Below are positions 22,516 through 35,963 of a DNA stretch of 64,000 bases, piece after piece. Location: assembly GCF_006345805.1 (NCBI RefSeq), contig NC_042999.1:166780001-166844000 (forward strand). The letters run 5' to 3'. A model generated the notes under the pieces. The model was not told the DNA's origin and made no database searches. It saw nothing but the letters and a program-made list of their open reading frames with translations. The stretch comes from Octopus sinensis. Its lineage: Eukaryota. Within the stretch, counting starts at the first letter, position 1. The number at the start of each line of letters is the position of its first letter. Both the position numbers and the translations under genes were made by a program.

Positions 22516-23773
22516 AAATTAAGTGTAAGAAAGTACTGTTTACAGTTTTCCCTTTAATTTACATTATAAACTAAGCAAAAGCTCGCTGTTCGTATATTCC
22601 TGATTCTTTCTGTCAATCTGTAGACGTTTGTGTGCGTGTGTCATTGAAAGTTTGCGTACCGTTTGTTGTACGCAGTCTTTCTGTGCGTACATTCCTGCGT
22701 GCTGCGCTCGTTTTCTGTACTTGTTCTCGTGACCGCGTGTGTCTCTGTATCACTTATTCATTGCTGCGTCTGCATTTGGATAAGTGTGCTGCGTGTATAC
22801 GTGCATGCGTGTGTGTATGCTCCAACGTCTATAGGGAAATTGTGTGTGAGTGCGCGTGTGTGTGTGTTTGTGTGTGTGTGTGTCCGTTGCAGTTCATTGT
22901 ATTGTGCTCAAAGACATTGAACGTGTTCTATGATGAATTACTCTCCCCGAGGGCAGTGGCAAAGTGCTGAATTACCTGCGTTACACTGTTTACTTTCGTC
23001 TCTTTGCTTTCCGAGATCGAATCTCGCGGGGTTTAGTTAACTTTGTGTTTCATCCCCACTCGATTTATAAATGCCAGTAATACACAGCATTTAATAGTTC
23101 CAATCAACTCTCAAAATTAGCGTTGTCTTTTCAAAAACAAATCAACTATTCTCAGGAAAGCATGAATGTTACAAATTCTCATTTATGTATTCCAAAAGAT
23201 ATCAGACGTTAAAAGTCGTTAAAATAGTCAACCGTTTCACAAATCTGCCGCTAATGTACTTGCGACAAGCATGAAACTCATAACTTCGCAGTTTTATCTT
23301 TCCTAAAACTACAAGTCTTTTGTATCGACTACCGCTGCTCCCAACAATCCAAAAAGGCAATACATAACTAGTTTTATGCACGCTAAAAATAACAGCTAAT
23401 TCACACTTTAGCGTCTTAAAAAACACGGCTATCACATCCCAGGCTACATAATCCCATGTTAACAAAGAGGCAGAATGGTCATATTTGAAATGTCTTTGAT
23501 CATAGGCCGGCTTCATAAGTGGTGACAAGGGAATAAATATCAATAACAATCATAAAAATATAACATTATGACAATCGATCAAGATTAAGTGGAAACAAAA
23601 TACTGGAAAGTGAATATGTGAGCTTATCTCGAATCGTACATATATCTCGAGACTGGTTCATGCTTATAGGCATACTTACATAGTACACACATATATATGA
23701 TGTGGCCATGCAGCAGCACTGCTGACAGAATATGTGTATTTATATATGTGTACAGGTATATACATATATGCGT

Positions 23774-23848
<75 letters not shown>

Positions 23849-23902
23849 TATATATACATATATATACATATATATACATATATATACATATATATACATA
23901 TA

Positions 23903-24248
23903 CTCTTTTACTCTTTACTCTTTTACTTGTTTCAGTCATTTGACTGCGGCCATGCTGGAGCACCGCCTTTAGTCGAGCAAATCGACCCCGGGACTTATTC
24001 TTTGTAAGCCCAGTACTTATTCTATCGGTCTATTTTTTGCCGAACCACTAAGTGACGGGGACGTAAACACACCAGCATCGGTTGTCAAGCAATGCTAGGG
24101 GGACAAACACAGACACACACACATATACATACATATATACGACAGGCCCGGGGCTATAGTAGAAGACACTTGCCCAAGATGCCACGCAGTGGGACTGAAC
24201 CCGGAACCATGTGGCTGGTTAGCAAGCTACTTACCACACAGCCACTTG
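23903..24248 (-). mobile_element. SINE family A (internal deletion)
   Basis: Same sequence blocks as 10617-11017. Confidence 0.85.
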
Positions 24249-24249
24249 C

Positions 24250-24641
24250 TTTCATCCATTCGACAGCGGCCATGCTGGGGCACCGACTTGAAGAATTTAA
24301 GTCGAATGAATCGACCCCAGTAATTTTCTTTTATTTTTTAAGCCTGGTACTTATTCTAGAGGTGTCTTTTTGCCGAACCGCTGCTTTGCGGGGATGTAAA
24401 CACAACAACACCCGTTCACACGCGGCGATGGGGGACAAGCACAGGCACACAGGGACACACTCATATATTTGTAAATACGACGGGCTTATTTCACTTTCCG
24501 TCTAACAAATCTACTCATAAGGCATTGGTCGGCCCAAGGCTATAGTAGAAAACACTTGCCCGAGTTACCATGCAGTGGGACTGAACCCGGAATCATGTGG
24601 TTCGGAGCAAGCTTCTTACCACACAGTCACTGCTGCGCCTA
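24250..24641 (-). mobile_element. SINE family A, older diverged copy
   Basis: Collinear but diverged match to family A. Confidence 0.75.
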
Positions 24642-24645
24642 TAGC

Positions 24646-24676
<31 letters not shown>

Positions 24677-24728
24677 CATACATACATACATACTATTGCA
24701 TACATACATACATACATACATACATACA

Positions 24729-24763
<35 letters not shown>

Positions 24764-24795
24764 TTCCCTATAAACACACACAATTACATATAAAC

Positions 24796-24826
<31 letters not shown>

Positions 24827-26194
24827 TATACACGCACGTACGCCCACAGACACACACACTCACTCACATACACACACATATATGTATTTATGTATATGCA
24901 CATAGAAATATTTTCGTACATACATACATGTATGTGTTATGCAAGTTTCTTTTCATGTTCAGCAATGTTGGTGGGAGAAAATGAAGAGTATATCGTCAGT
25001 TTACTCGGTTCAGGGCGTCCAACGATCAATGTGCTGTGGTGTTAAACCGGATAATGGATTTAATCTACCACTAGTTTATGCCCAGAAAAATCCATCTTTC
25101 CATTCCAGTTCGGAGTCGTCCTAGCAACATTATAAGCCTTCCCGGGCAAATGGGTGTGGTGGGCTCTTTGGGCTTTTATATTCTAAAGTAAACTGCATCA
25201 TACATAAACCATAACTGGCCACGTAAGACCCGGGATCCCCACCTCCGCGGGTGACTGCTCTGTGTGCCTCTGCCATGAGATAGCACTGTCACCATCATAG
25301 TGAGCGGATGCGGGACACTGTATGACAGATGTTTGATGTGATGGGAATAGCAGCCACATTTTCATATCTCACCCTTCTGTATAGGACGCAATGATTAATT
25401 ATTCTTAGATATACTTTTTGTTTAAAAGATGGGTTGTTGTCTTTCAACATCTGGTAATTCGTTTATAGCTGACATTGGGTTAAATGACAAGACGATGATA
25501 TCGGCGACATCATTATCATCATCATCATCATCGTCATCGTCATCGACAACAACAACAACAATGTTTTTGTGTGGTTTGGAAGACAGTATTCTTCTTCGAA
25601 TTTACTTTTTTATTTTTATTAAACGTTTTCTGAAGAAATTTTGCACAGTTATAGTAAATATTTGACAAAGTATTTGACGAAGTATTCGCAATATCATTGC
25701 TAGTACTCATGTCATGTGTTAAACTAATGATATTCTGAAAGTTTATCTTCTATCCTCCTCCATCGTCTTTATTATTCTTTGTGAAGAATATATTGCCCGC
25801 CCTTATTCTATAATCAAGCCAAGTATTATTATATTTTTACTTTTTTCACTTTATGTAAAACTCTATACAGTTAAAAGATACAGATTTAATTTGCCAGCCA
25901 ATGAAGGAGTTACTACGAAGTCCTCTTAGACATAGCAGCCTACTTTTCAGCGAATCCCGCCCTATCACTATAAAAGGAAGGAAATACATATAAATGAAGA
26001 AGTCTGGACAGTCATGGCTAGAACGTCTTTGAGGATAAGTCTTCTCGATCAGGACTGACTTGAGTCTAAACATTAATATCAATGTATCTTAACAAGTCTC
26101 TGTTAAGATATATTCCATATCATGATGCTGTATACCCTGTTATACCCCCAACAATTCTTCATTCAAAGCATCTTTAACTAGGATCTGTCTAATG

Positions 26195-26627
26195 CAGTGG
26201 TTCTCAACTGGGAGCCATATGGCCCTGAGGAGTGGGGTCCATATAGCCTAGGGGAGTGGGGTCCATATAGCCTAGGGGAGTGGGGTCCATATAGCCTAGG
26301 GGAGTGGGGTCCATATAGCCTAGGGGAGTGGGGTCCATATAGCCTAGGGGAGTGGGGTCCATATAGCCTAGGGGAGTGGGGTCCATATAGCCTAGGGGAG
26401 TGGGGTCCATAAAAGATTTTGTTAAAATTTATATGCAATAAATCGGTTATATTTTTACAATGCATAAAATATTTGAACAGTTTTTAATACAATTCCTAAA
26501 AATAATTAATCATAAAAATATAATAGGGGTTTTTAGATATTGAATGGCTATGAGAATCATCCCCACCGCTGAGTAAAATAGGAATCAAACAGGTCCATAG
26601 GCAAAAATAACCCCAAAAAACCCGTTG
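26195..26627. mobile_element. hAT (Charlie-type) MITE with 8-bp TSD
   Basis: Starts CAGTGGTTCTCAAC. GTCTAATG is duplicated at 26187-26194 and 26628-26635. The right TIR is decayed. Confidence 0.75.
26229..26411 (+). repeat. 24-bp G-rich minisatellite, 7 perfect copies plus a partial
   Basis: Unit GGAGTGGGGTCCATATAGCCTAGG. Confidence 0.95.
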
Positions 26628-27112
26628 GTCTAATGTGTGAAGCAGTGAACACCAATCCGTGAAAGTGCAAATCTTATACTATCCATCTCACGATAGAGTT
26701 CGCTATGAAAGCTAAAAACACTCAACTTCATTTTGTGGTGAATTACTCTTCCACAAACTCGTTTTATGCCAAATCTGTAGAAATCCGACAACTGGGCAAA
26801 GCGTCGTCGTCCTGTCTCTCATCACCGGCGCCGCAATATATCTATAGTCAAAACCCTTAAATCTCTCTACTCCAAGACGTAGCTTTAAGTAAATATCATG
26901 AGAAGGTACGCCTTACAGTGAAAAACTTATTGTCTAATTAACGAATTAATCCATTTCTATTAGCTTATAATGTGTTCTAAGCTAATAAAACTTAAACTGC
27001 AGAATTTGGAAAAGTCAACGGGAAACCATTCCTGCACTCAATCTCAGATTGAAGTTGTCATTCAGCTTATTCAAATTCGACAATCTTTCAAACAGACTGT
27101 GAATGGTGACTG

Positions 27113-27305
27113 ATGCGTAGCCGTATTTCGTCTGCCGTTACGTTCTGGGTTCAAATTCCGCCGAGGTCCACTTTGCCTTTCATCCTTTCGGGGTCTATAA
27201 ATTAAGTACCAGTTACGCACTGGAGTCGATGTAATCGACTTAATACCTATGTATGTCCTTGTTTGTCCCTTCTGTGTTTAGCCCCTTGTGGGCAGTAAAG
27301 AAATA
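27113..27305 (+). mobile_element. SINE family B, 5'-truncated
   Basis: Matches 10313-10510. Confidence 0.85.
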
Positions 27306-27746
27306 GCTATAATAGATAATATACCCTCTGACGTTGTAGTCATCATGCGTATGTACCGACCATTTGGTAGTCATCTTAATCATCTTTAGATAAACGTTTA
27401 CTATTTGAATTGAAATGAATATATTAAAAGTTACTTGTTTGACCATAATGACGAAGAAATGGGACACTTGAGAATAGTTTAGCTGTTAACAGCGTTGATG
27501 CCACAGAGGCAAGTAACTGTACTGTTGGAAGAGCCTTCAAGAGGCCAACGACAATATGGCGGATGATGTTAATGTTCGAAAATATGGAAGTCGTCATTAG
27601 AAAATGTGATTGTAGGGAATAGACATGTGTTCATATGCGCGATTGTTTACTTTTGACATCAGATTCATTAACTTCATACCTTCAAGTATGTATGCAATCA
27701 TGTCTGTATGTTTGTCTGTTTGTGTACCTGTCAGTCTGTTTGTCTA

Positions 27747-27805
<59 letters not shown>

Positions 27806-27944
27806 GTCACACACACATATATATTTATGCGTGTGTGCGTGTGTATGTGTATCGATATATATCTGTCTATCTCTCTCTGTCTTTATCCATCCATCCATCC
27901 ATCCATCCATCCATCCATCCATCCATCCATCCATCCATCCATCC

Positions 27945-28002
<58 letters not shown>

Positions 28003-29440
28003 ACCTACCTATCTATCTATCTATCTAGCTAGCTAGCTAGCTAGCTATGCATACATAATCGAAATTCTCCACTTGTTTGTCAATGTTGATATGCATACAA
28101 AATCGAAATAAAAGATTCTATCTGCAAAGATTACGAACATTATAACTGAAACGAGACCCCTCCCATCGCCACTACAAAGCACAGAAACAGTAAGCCATGT
28201 TAAATAAACAAATAAAGATCACATGATATATTTTTTCCTTATTTGGCAAACAAAAAGGGACATAGGATGGTTTCCTAGTTAGATGTATCTCTTCCTTGCA
28301 ATGGAAGCATCCAATGAAAAACCAGCTCTCTCTTCCCCTTTCTCTTACGACTCACACACGCATGCGCGCGCCAGTGCACACGCTCATCTGTATATTATCC
28401 TACGCTTGTGACATTCACAACACCTTTCAGTGGACCATTGAATCGGCATTTTCTGTTGGTAACGCCAGCATATTATTCAAAGTCTGGTGGAAATGAACTC
28501 GATGAAGAGTTTAAAACGTCAAGTGAATATTTGTTAAACATCTTGCTGTTATCAAACACAATCGTGAATATAGTTGTTGAACGAGATATACCACTTCAAA
28601 AAGTGTAAAAGTGTACGGAATTTTGAAAACATAATCAGGAAGCTTCAAAAATACTTCACATTCAAATATGGTAGACAAGAGAATTCAAACTCAATTTTTC
28701 ATCGAAAGACGTTCTTTATTGGAGAATTTAGTGTTTAACCTTCATTTAATGTTGGGAAATAACCCGTCTATACAACGGTCGACCCTTGGTGGTTGTTCTC
28801 TGATACACAGTGCCAAAAACAATAACTTTTAATAAGAAGCAACTTTTGCATGTATGCTGTTCCTTTTCATGTACTGGACTTCAGAGATCAGCATCTTCTT
28901 GAACCATTCTATTTGGTAGATTTTAGCTTTAATTCCTAAAATTTGGGCCATTTGTAAAGTTTGAGATCAATCTTGTCCCTTTCAAAATGAATTTGCTCAA
29001 TTAATATGTTGATAAATCCAGATTATACAGATCGTTTTTTAATGAAAACATTAAATTTCCTGAATATTAATTATATATTTTCCTTATAAAAGTAATCTTC
29101 TTTTGCACAAGCCATGCGAAGGCATGGCTGTGTAGTTAAAAAGTCTGTTTCGAATCAACCATGCAGGAGGATGTGCAAGTCTCTTCTACCACAGTCTCGG
29201 ATATCTTATTGGGAATTTGATAGACGAGGACTATGGAAATCCGCCTTTCTCTCCCTCTACTTTCTTTCTCTCTCTCTCCCTTTCTCTCTCCGTCCGTCCG
29301 TCCGTCCGTCCCGTCCGTCCGTCTCTCTCTCTCTCTCTCTGTATACACACACATATACATACACATATATATTATATATACGCGGGGGTGCTGAGATGTT
29401 CCTGGCTTTGAATAAAAGAAAACATAGGAGGACCAGTTAA

Positions 29441-29659
29441 CTCTCTTTACTCTTTTACTTGTTTCAGTCATTTGACTGCGGCCATGCCGGAGCACTGCTA
29501 TTAGTCGAGCAAATCGACCCCGGGACTTATTCTTTGTAAGCCCAGTACTTATGCTATCGGTCTCTTTTTGGCGAACCGCTAAGTAACGGGGACATAAACA
29601 CACCAGCATCGGTTGTCAAGCAATGCTAGGGGGACACACAGAGACACACACACCCATAC

Positions 29660-29709
<50 letters not shown>

Positions 29710-29870
29710 GACAGGCTTCTTTCAGTTTCCGTCTACCAATCCACTCACAAGGCATTGGTCGACCTGGGGCTATAGCAGAAGACACTTGCCCAAGATGCCA
29801 CGCAGTAGGATTGAACCCAACCATGTGGTTGGTTAGCAAGCTACCTACCACCACAGCCACTCCTGCGTAT
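29441..29870 (-). mobile_element. SINE family A
   Basis: Full-length match. Confidence 0.9.
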
Positions 29871-29899
29871 ATTATATATATATATATATATATATTATA

Positions 29900-30315
29900 T
29901 ACTCTTTACTCTTTTACTCTTTTACTTGTTTCAGTCATTTGACTGCGGCCATGCTGGAGCACCGCCTTTAGTCGAGCAAATCGACCCCGGGACTTATTCT
30001 TTGTAAGCCCAGTACTTATGCTATCGGTCTCTTTTGCCGAACCGCTAAGTAACGGGGACATAAACACACCAGCATCGGTTGTCAAGCAATGCTAGGGGGA
30101 CAAACACAGACGCACAAACAAACACACATAGATATATATACACATATATACGACAGGCTTCTTTCAGTTTCCGTCTACCAAATCCACTCACAAGGCATTG
30201 GTCGGCCCGGGGCTATAGCAGAAGACACTTGCCCAAGATGCCACGCAGTGGGACTGAACCCGGAACCATGTGGCTGGTTAGCAAGCTACTTACCACACAG
30301 CCACTCCTGCGCCTA
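29900..30315 (-). mobile_element. SINE family A (tandem with previous copy)
   Basis: Full-length match. Confidence 0.9.
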
Positions 30316-30464
30316 AGATTTTATCAACATATTCTCTTCTCAGATTCACACACTTGTTGCAATTTTTTTCTAAGCCCTGAAAAAGAACCAGGCCTTTCGT
30401 GATACCCTTAAAACCAGGAACTTTTCGGCCTTTACTCGTAAACACACGCACGCACACACGCACA

Positions 30465-30502
<38 letters not shown>

Positions 30503-30955
30503 CACACACACACACACACACACACAAACATCTTATAATAATTCCGCTTTCCATTACGTTACTTAGCCCGTCGGTAACGCTTTCACGTGATTAGAGAAAA
30601 GGAGTAAGAGAGAAAAGGAGGGATAGAGAAGCGTCCATGACGTTGGCTGAGGAAACGTAATTGTAACGCTTTCGCTCGATTAATTGAAGGAAAAGTGAAA
30701 ACGAGCAAAGAAAGGGTGGGGGAGAAAAAGAGGATAAGGTGAAGAATGAGGCAGAAAGACAGAGAAAAAAAAAGAGGGAGAGAGAAAAGACGGAGACAGA
30801 AAATGAGGGAGAGAGAAGCGTCCGTGATACGTGGTTGGGGGAACGTAATAATTATGACGTGGTTAAAAAAGTTAGTTGACAGTAGTGACATAGAGAAGAG
30901 TTAGGAATATAATTTTAGCTGAGGGGTGATGTTCTGATGGTGAGATTAAAGAAAA

Positions 30956-31021
<66 letters not shown>

Positions 31022-31111
31022 TGGTGGTGATGGGGGTGGTGATGATGGTGATGGAGGTGGTGATGGTGAATACATAGTGAAGGGGATTTTTTTAAAATTG
31101 AACTACACATC

Positions 31112-31290
31112 CCAAACTTGCCATTTACTTTAGAAAGAAACCACTTTCCCGTTCGCCTGTCATAAGCAATGACTATCAATAAATCACAAGGGCATACATT
31201 TGATAAAGTGGGGCTGTCTTGCCTGAACTTGTATTCGGCCATGGTTAGTTATATGTTACATTCTCAGGGTTCGCAAATTATCTGATGTGA
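31112..31290 (+). mobile_element. Helitron helicase C-terminal fragment
   Basis: PNLPFTLERNHFPVRLS*AMTINKSQGHTFDKVG...VFGHG*LYV matches PIF1/Helitron motifs V-VI (MTINKSQGQT, HGQLYV). Confidence 0.8.
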
Positions 31291-31563
31291 GAGTTAAAGT
31301 TATCAACATTGACAAACAAATGGAGAACCTATACGAAGAACATAGTCTGCAAAGAAGGATTGGATTGAAAGATGTATGCAAATTGAAATGTGTATTGGCT
31401 CTGATCAATCACCTTGGCTTATAGGTTATCAACTATGTGGTTTTCAGATTATGCCATGTTGCATTAAATGTTTACCCCTGTGAAATAGTGACCCCTATAT
31501 TTTACATACAAAATAATTTTTTTTAAAGTAAAGGTTTTGATTTCTAAACATGAAATTGAGACT

Positions 31564-31982
31564 ATACTCTTTTACTCTTTTACTTGTTTCAGTCATTTGA
31601 CTGCGGCCATGCTGGAGCACTGCCTTTAATCGAGCAACTCGACCCCGGGACTTATTCTTTGTAAGCCCAGTACTTATTCTATCGATCTCTTTTGCCGAAC
31701 CGCTAAGTAACGGGGACATAAATACACCAGCATCGGTTGTCAAGCAATGCTAGGGGGACAACACCACACACACACACACACCACACACACAAACATATAT
31801 ATAACACAACATATATACGACGGGCTTCTTCAGTTTCCGTCTACCAAATCCACTCACAAGGCTTTGGTCGGCCCTAGGCTATAGTAGAAGACACTTGCCC
31901 AAGGTGCCACGCAGTGGGACTGAACCCGGAACCATGTGGCTAGTAAACAAGCTACTTACCACACAGCTACTCCTGCGCCTAT
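31564..31982 (-). mobile_element. SINE family A
   Basis: Full-length match. Confidence 0.9.
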
Positions 31983-32106
31983 GTAAATTTCAAAATGTAT
32001 TTTTTTCTGTTTATGGGGAAAATGGAAAAATACGAGTGAATATTTATTTTATTAGTGCTGTGTTTTAAGCCTATAAAATTTTGCATAAAGCACATAAACT
32101 ATATAT

Positions 32107-32320
32107 ATATATATATGTGGCCGCGTGTGTAACGTTGGCGATTTTTTTCCTCCGTCTTCCCTTCTCTGGATCTTTCCTTTTCCTATGTTTCTGACGAAGA
32201 GCTCCGCTCGAAACGTAAAACCCTCCTTCTTCTCTTCCTTCCTGAGCGTCCAATAACACTATATTTGTTCCACGTCCTCGCGTTGTTGTGTTTTTTTTTG
32301 TGTTTTCATGTTTGGATTAA
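32107..32320 (+). mobile_element. ~210-bp hammerhead-bearing mini-element between (TA)n tracts
   Basis: A second partial copy lies on the - strand at 44272-44357; the element contains the hammerhead at 32187-32221. Confidence 0.7.
32187..32221 (+). ncRNA. Minimal type I hammerhead ribozyme (35 nt)
   Basis: GTTT-CTGACGA-A-GAGC-TCC-GCTC-GAAAC-GTA-AAAC; predicted cleavage after 32217. Stem III can form only intermolecularly, via the ACGT palindrome. Confidence 0.7.
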
Positions 32321-32321
32321 A

Positions 32322-32357
<36 letters not shown>

Positions 32358-32573
32358 ACTAATATAGGATAAAAAGTTTTTTCGAGAAAAATTTTTATCA
32401 ATGGCCCATATCAAAAAATACCTTTAAAGGTTAAATTTATAATAGTTTAACAAAATAAGGCCAAAGAAAAATTCTAATGACAAATCTGCGAAAGAAAGAC
32501 AAAAATTGTCAAATAGCCATTATAATTTATGCGTCTCGAAACAAACCGATAGAAATTTCTAAAAAATTCGTTA

Positions 32574-32632
32574 TTACCGTATTGATCCAATTTCGGGCTT
32601 AATTCATAGAATTTTCCCCTCTTCAGCGGCAA
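32574..32632 (-). ncRNA. Type I hammerhead ribozyme
   Basis: Reverse strand TTGCCG-CTGAAGA-GGG..CCC-GAA-ATTG-GAT-CAAT-A-CGGTAA. Confidence 0.75.
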
Positions 32633-32692
32633 ATACTTGAGATATAAGTGAAATACTTATTCATATCCATCGAAAAAGCAAGCACCAAGTAT

Positions 32693-32750
32693 TTGCCGCT
32701 GAAGAGGGGAGATTCTATGAATTAACCTCGAAATTGAACCAATACGGTAA
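32693..32750 (+). ncRNA. Type I hammerhead ribozyme
   Basis: TTGCCG-CTGAAGA(32699-32705)-GGGG..CCTC-GAA-ATTG-AAC-CAAT-A(32744)-CGGTAA: 6-bp stem I, 4-bp stems II and III, ATA triplet. Confidence 0.8.
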
Positions 32751-33069
32751 TAATGAATTTCTTAAAAATTTCTATCGGTTTGTTTCGAGACGCATAAATT
32801 ATAATGGTTTTTTGACAATTTTTGTCTTTCTTTCGGCATATTTGGCATTAGAATTTTTCTTTTGCCCTTATTTTGTAAATTATATATATATATATATATA
32901 AAGTGCATTAAGTAATCATCGTATTCCAATTTCCTTCACTTTTTAATAAATAGCAGATGAGCAACTATCTTTAATACAGACACAACACGGTTACGCCTTC
33001 AGGTCTTTTGGATATAGTTTTCAGGAGTAACCCATTATTAATTCCGCGAAATATTCGTGGGTCCCGCTA

Positions 33070-33147
<78 letters not shown>

Positions 33148-33355
33148 AAATCAAAATAGCAACAAGAATATCTCGGTAAACATTGTATGCTTTCATAAAA
33201 TGATGTAGCGTGAAACGATCGTACCAAATTACCGAAGGTATTCTTGTTGCTTATTTTGATTATAATCACCCTATGGATTTATATGGATAACACCGTACAA
33301 AATTCTGGTGCATCTGACTTAAGTACCATATTCATTTGAATCTAAATTTTGCTGA

Positions 33356-33409
<54 letters not shown>

Positions 33410-34683
33410 CCCTTTGCTTGACCTTCCCTTCCTTCCTTGTCATCCTCTTCGAAACCACGCTGGAGTTGAACTAAGGACAGCTGATGAAGGGGAATTTTCC
33501 TTGTGTAGTTTGTCTTGTACTCTGTTTTTCGTTTGTAAAATGTCCGTTTCCATGTTTGTTTTTACGTTTTCGTTTCTCGTTGAGTTCTACGTCTATTTGT
33601 GGTGTCCTGTACTCACGTATATATATTTATATATGCATGTATATATACATGTAGATGTAGGTACGTACATGTATGTATGCATATATTTTATTTATCACAC
33701 TATTGTATGACTGAGCGCCCTCGCGTCGTTTCGTTTCGTTTCCTCCAAGTAAGTTTATATATATATATATATATCTTTTGCTTCTCTATACTGGTAAAGA
33801 TGTAAACAACGGCAAGAAACCTAAATATATTTTTTTCCTTTCGCCATCACAAATGTAAGGAACCAGTGATAGGTTTGTGGAAATGTTGTAATTGAGGTGC
33901 TGTTGGTCGTAAATTGTTATGTAATATTCTATCCACTGTTAATGTTAATTTTATTAATGAGAATTAGAATTTGAAGGGGAAAGGGCTCACTATATTATGT
34001 GCATCAGCATTATTGTTCGAAAAGAACTCGAAGCAACTGTAACGGCTAAATGGAATGAAATAAAATCATGGGGCGACGGCATTACTGTGAACTGTGATAC
34101 TGTTTGCAACAAATAGCAGATGAAAGAAAAAATTAATTCTAGGTTAGTTATAATGATTATATATATATATAAAGAAGATTGTACAAAATCGTGACGTTTT
34201 GGAGAAAGTTACAATCGAATAACTCTACTGCAGAACTTAACTGTTCCTTATTTTATCGACTCCGAAAGAATGAAAGGCAAAGTCAGCCTCGGAACAATCA
34301 GACCAATTATAAAGGGAAATAACTAAATGCCATGTGATAATTTGTACGTTACTGTTTCGTTTCCGCCATTCCTGATCCAACAAATAACTTTCTGTTTCTA
34401 AAATCGGCTCAACGTGACAAATTCAGTGTCTACGTATAATCGATTAAATACAACCCAGCACTGGACTTGCTGTTATTTTATCGATCCATAAGAATGAAAA
34501 GCAAAAGTAATCTCGGTTACATTTGATTTCAGAACGTAAAGATACGTTACTAAATATCACCAGGCATTATTACTTCACCTCTCATCAACCTAATAATAAC
34601 AATAATAATTATTTCATTCATTGGCCACTAGAGCCGAATAGTAGTATTAGTAGTAGTAGTAGTTAGTAGTAGTAGTAGTAGTG

Positions 34684-34724
<41 letters not shown>

Positions 34725-34865
34725 TATGACGATAATAATTTCCAGTTTTGTCCCGAGGGTACACATTTCGAACAGGACTGTAGTCGATTTAATTAAAGGT
34801 GATAAAATAATTACCTGACTGCAAATTATTTTATCACTCTCCATCCCGACAGGAAGAAATGCAGA

Positions 34866-34971
<106 letters not shown>

Positions 34972-35406
34972 TCCCATACTAATATGATAAAAATAATGTA
35001 TTATGATCTATTTCTATATATGTATATATACTTCGATATACTTGAGTATATGAATGCAGTATTATATATGATATAGTTTCGTGAATAATACTTGTTTTCA
35101 ATAATATAAATATTAAAATAACTAAGTAAAGAGAACAGCGGCAGCGTGGAATATATAGCTATCATCGAAATAGTAAATAAAACCATCGAGAGATTGTCGG
35201 AAGCGTACACCTACTACCATTGACAATGCGTCTGTAGCTTTAGTAATGATCCCTTGTTCGAAGGTATAATCGTGTGTATCAAATATATTAAGGATGCCTC
35301 ATGAGCTATAAGCGGACGCTTTTTTCTTATTTTTATAAGAATGCCATATTAGTATGGCGATAACTATTTTTTCCGCTGTTCAGAGAGACTTAGTTTTTTA
35401 ATATTC

Positions 35407-35444
<38 letters not shown>

Positions 35445-35529
35445 CTGAAGATTTGATCAAGATTGTAGTGGCGGTTTTTTTGACTTTTATTAAAATTTTA
35501 TGTATTGATTAAGCGTGCAGTGGTTTTGT

Positions 35530-35614
<85 letters not shown>

Positions 35615-35894
35615 TATATATATCATATATATATATTATATATATATATATGTGAGAAAGTTGGTTTTGTGAAAGCACGTGTGAATATAGAAAATGTAAA
35701 AAGTGAAAAAACTACAGAAGGCTTGTTTTAAGGTTAAAAAATATATAATTGAGTCAATATGTCTGAAGAATGTTATCAATTTTTTTCTTACAATGACATA
35801 GTTTAGAAGAATTTATATATTTATGTATGTATGTATGTGTTTACGTGAGTGTATGCATATATATATAAATATCTATATAAATATATATATATAT

Positions 35895-35959
<65 letters not shown>

Positions 35960-35963
35960 TAAT

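Larger units (their letters stand above)
32450..32876. mobile_element. Foldback element with two intact outward-facing hammerheads
   Basis: Arms 32450-32639 and 32686-32876 (~190 bp), 46-nt spacer, (TA)n nearby on both sides. Confidence 0.8.

Noticed and set aside
26197-26412. Repetitive ORF (GPYSLGEW)n and possible CRISPR-like array
   Set aside because: Head-to-tail 24-bp repeats with no spacers, inside a hAT MITE in a eukaryotic intron.
33440-33510. GAAAC upstream of CTGATGA suggesting a type II hammerhead
   Set aside because: No NUH triplet or convincing stems I and III could be formed.
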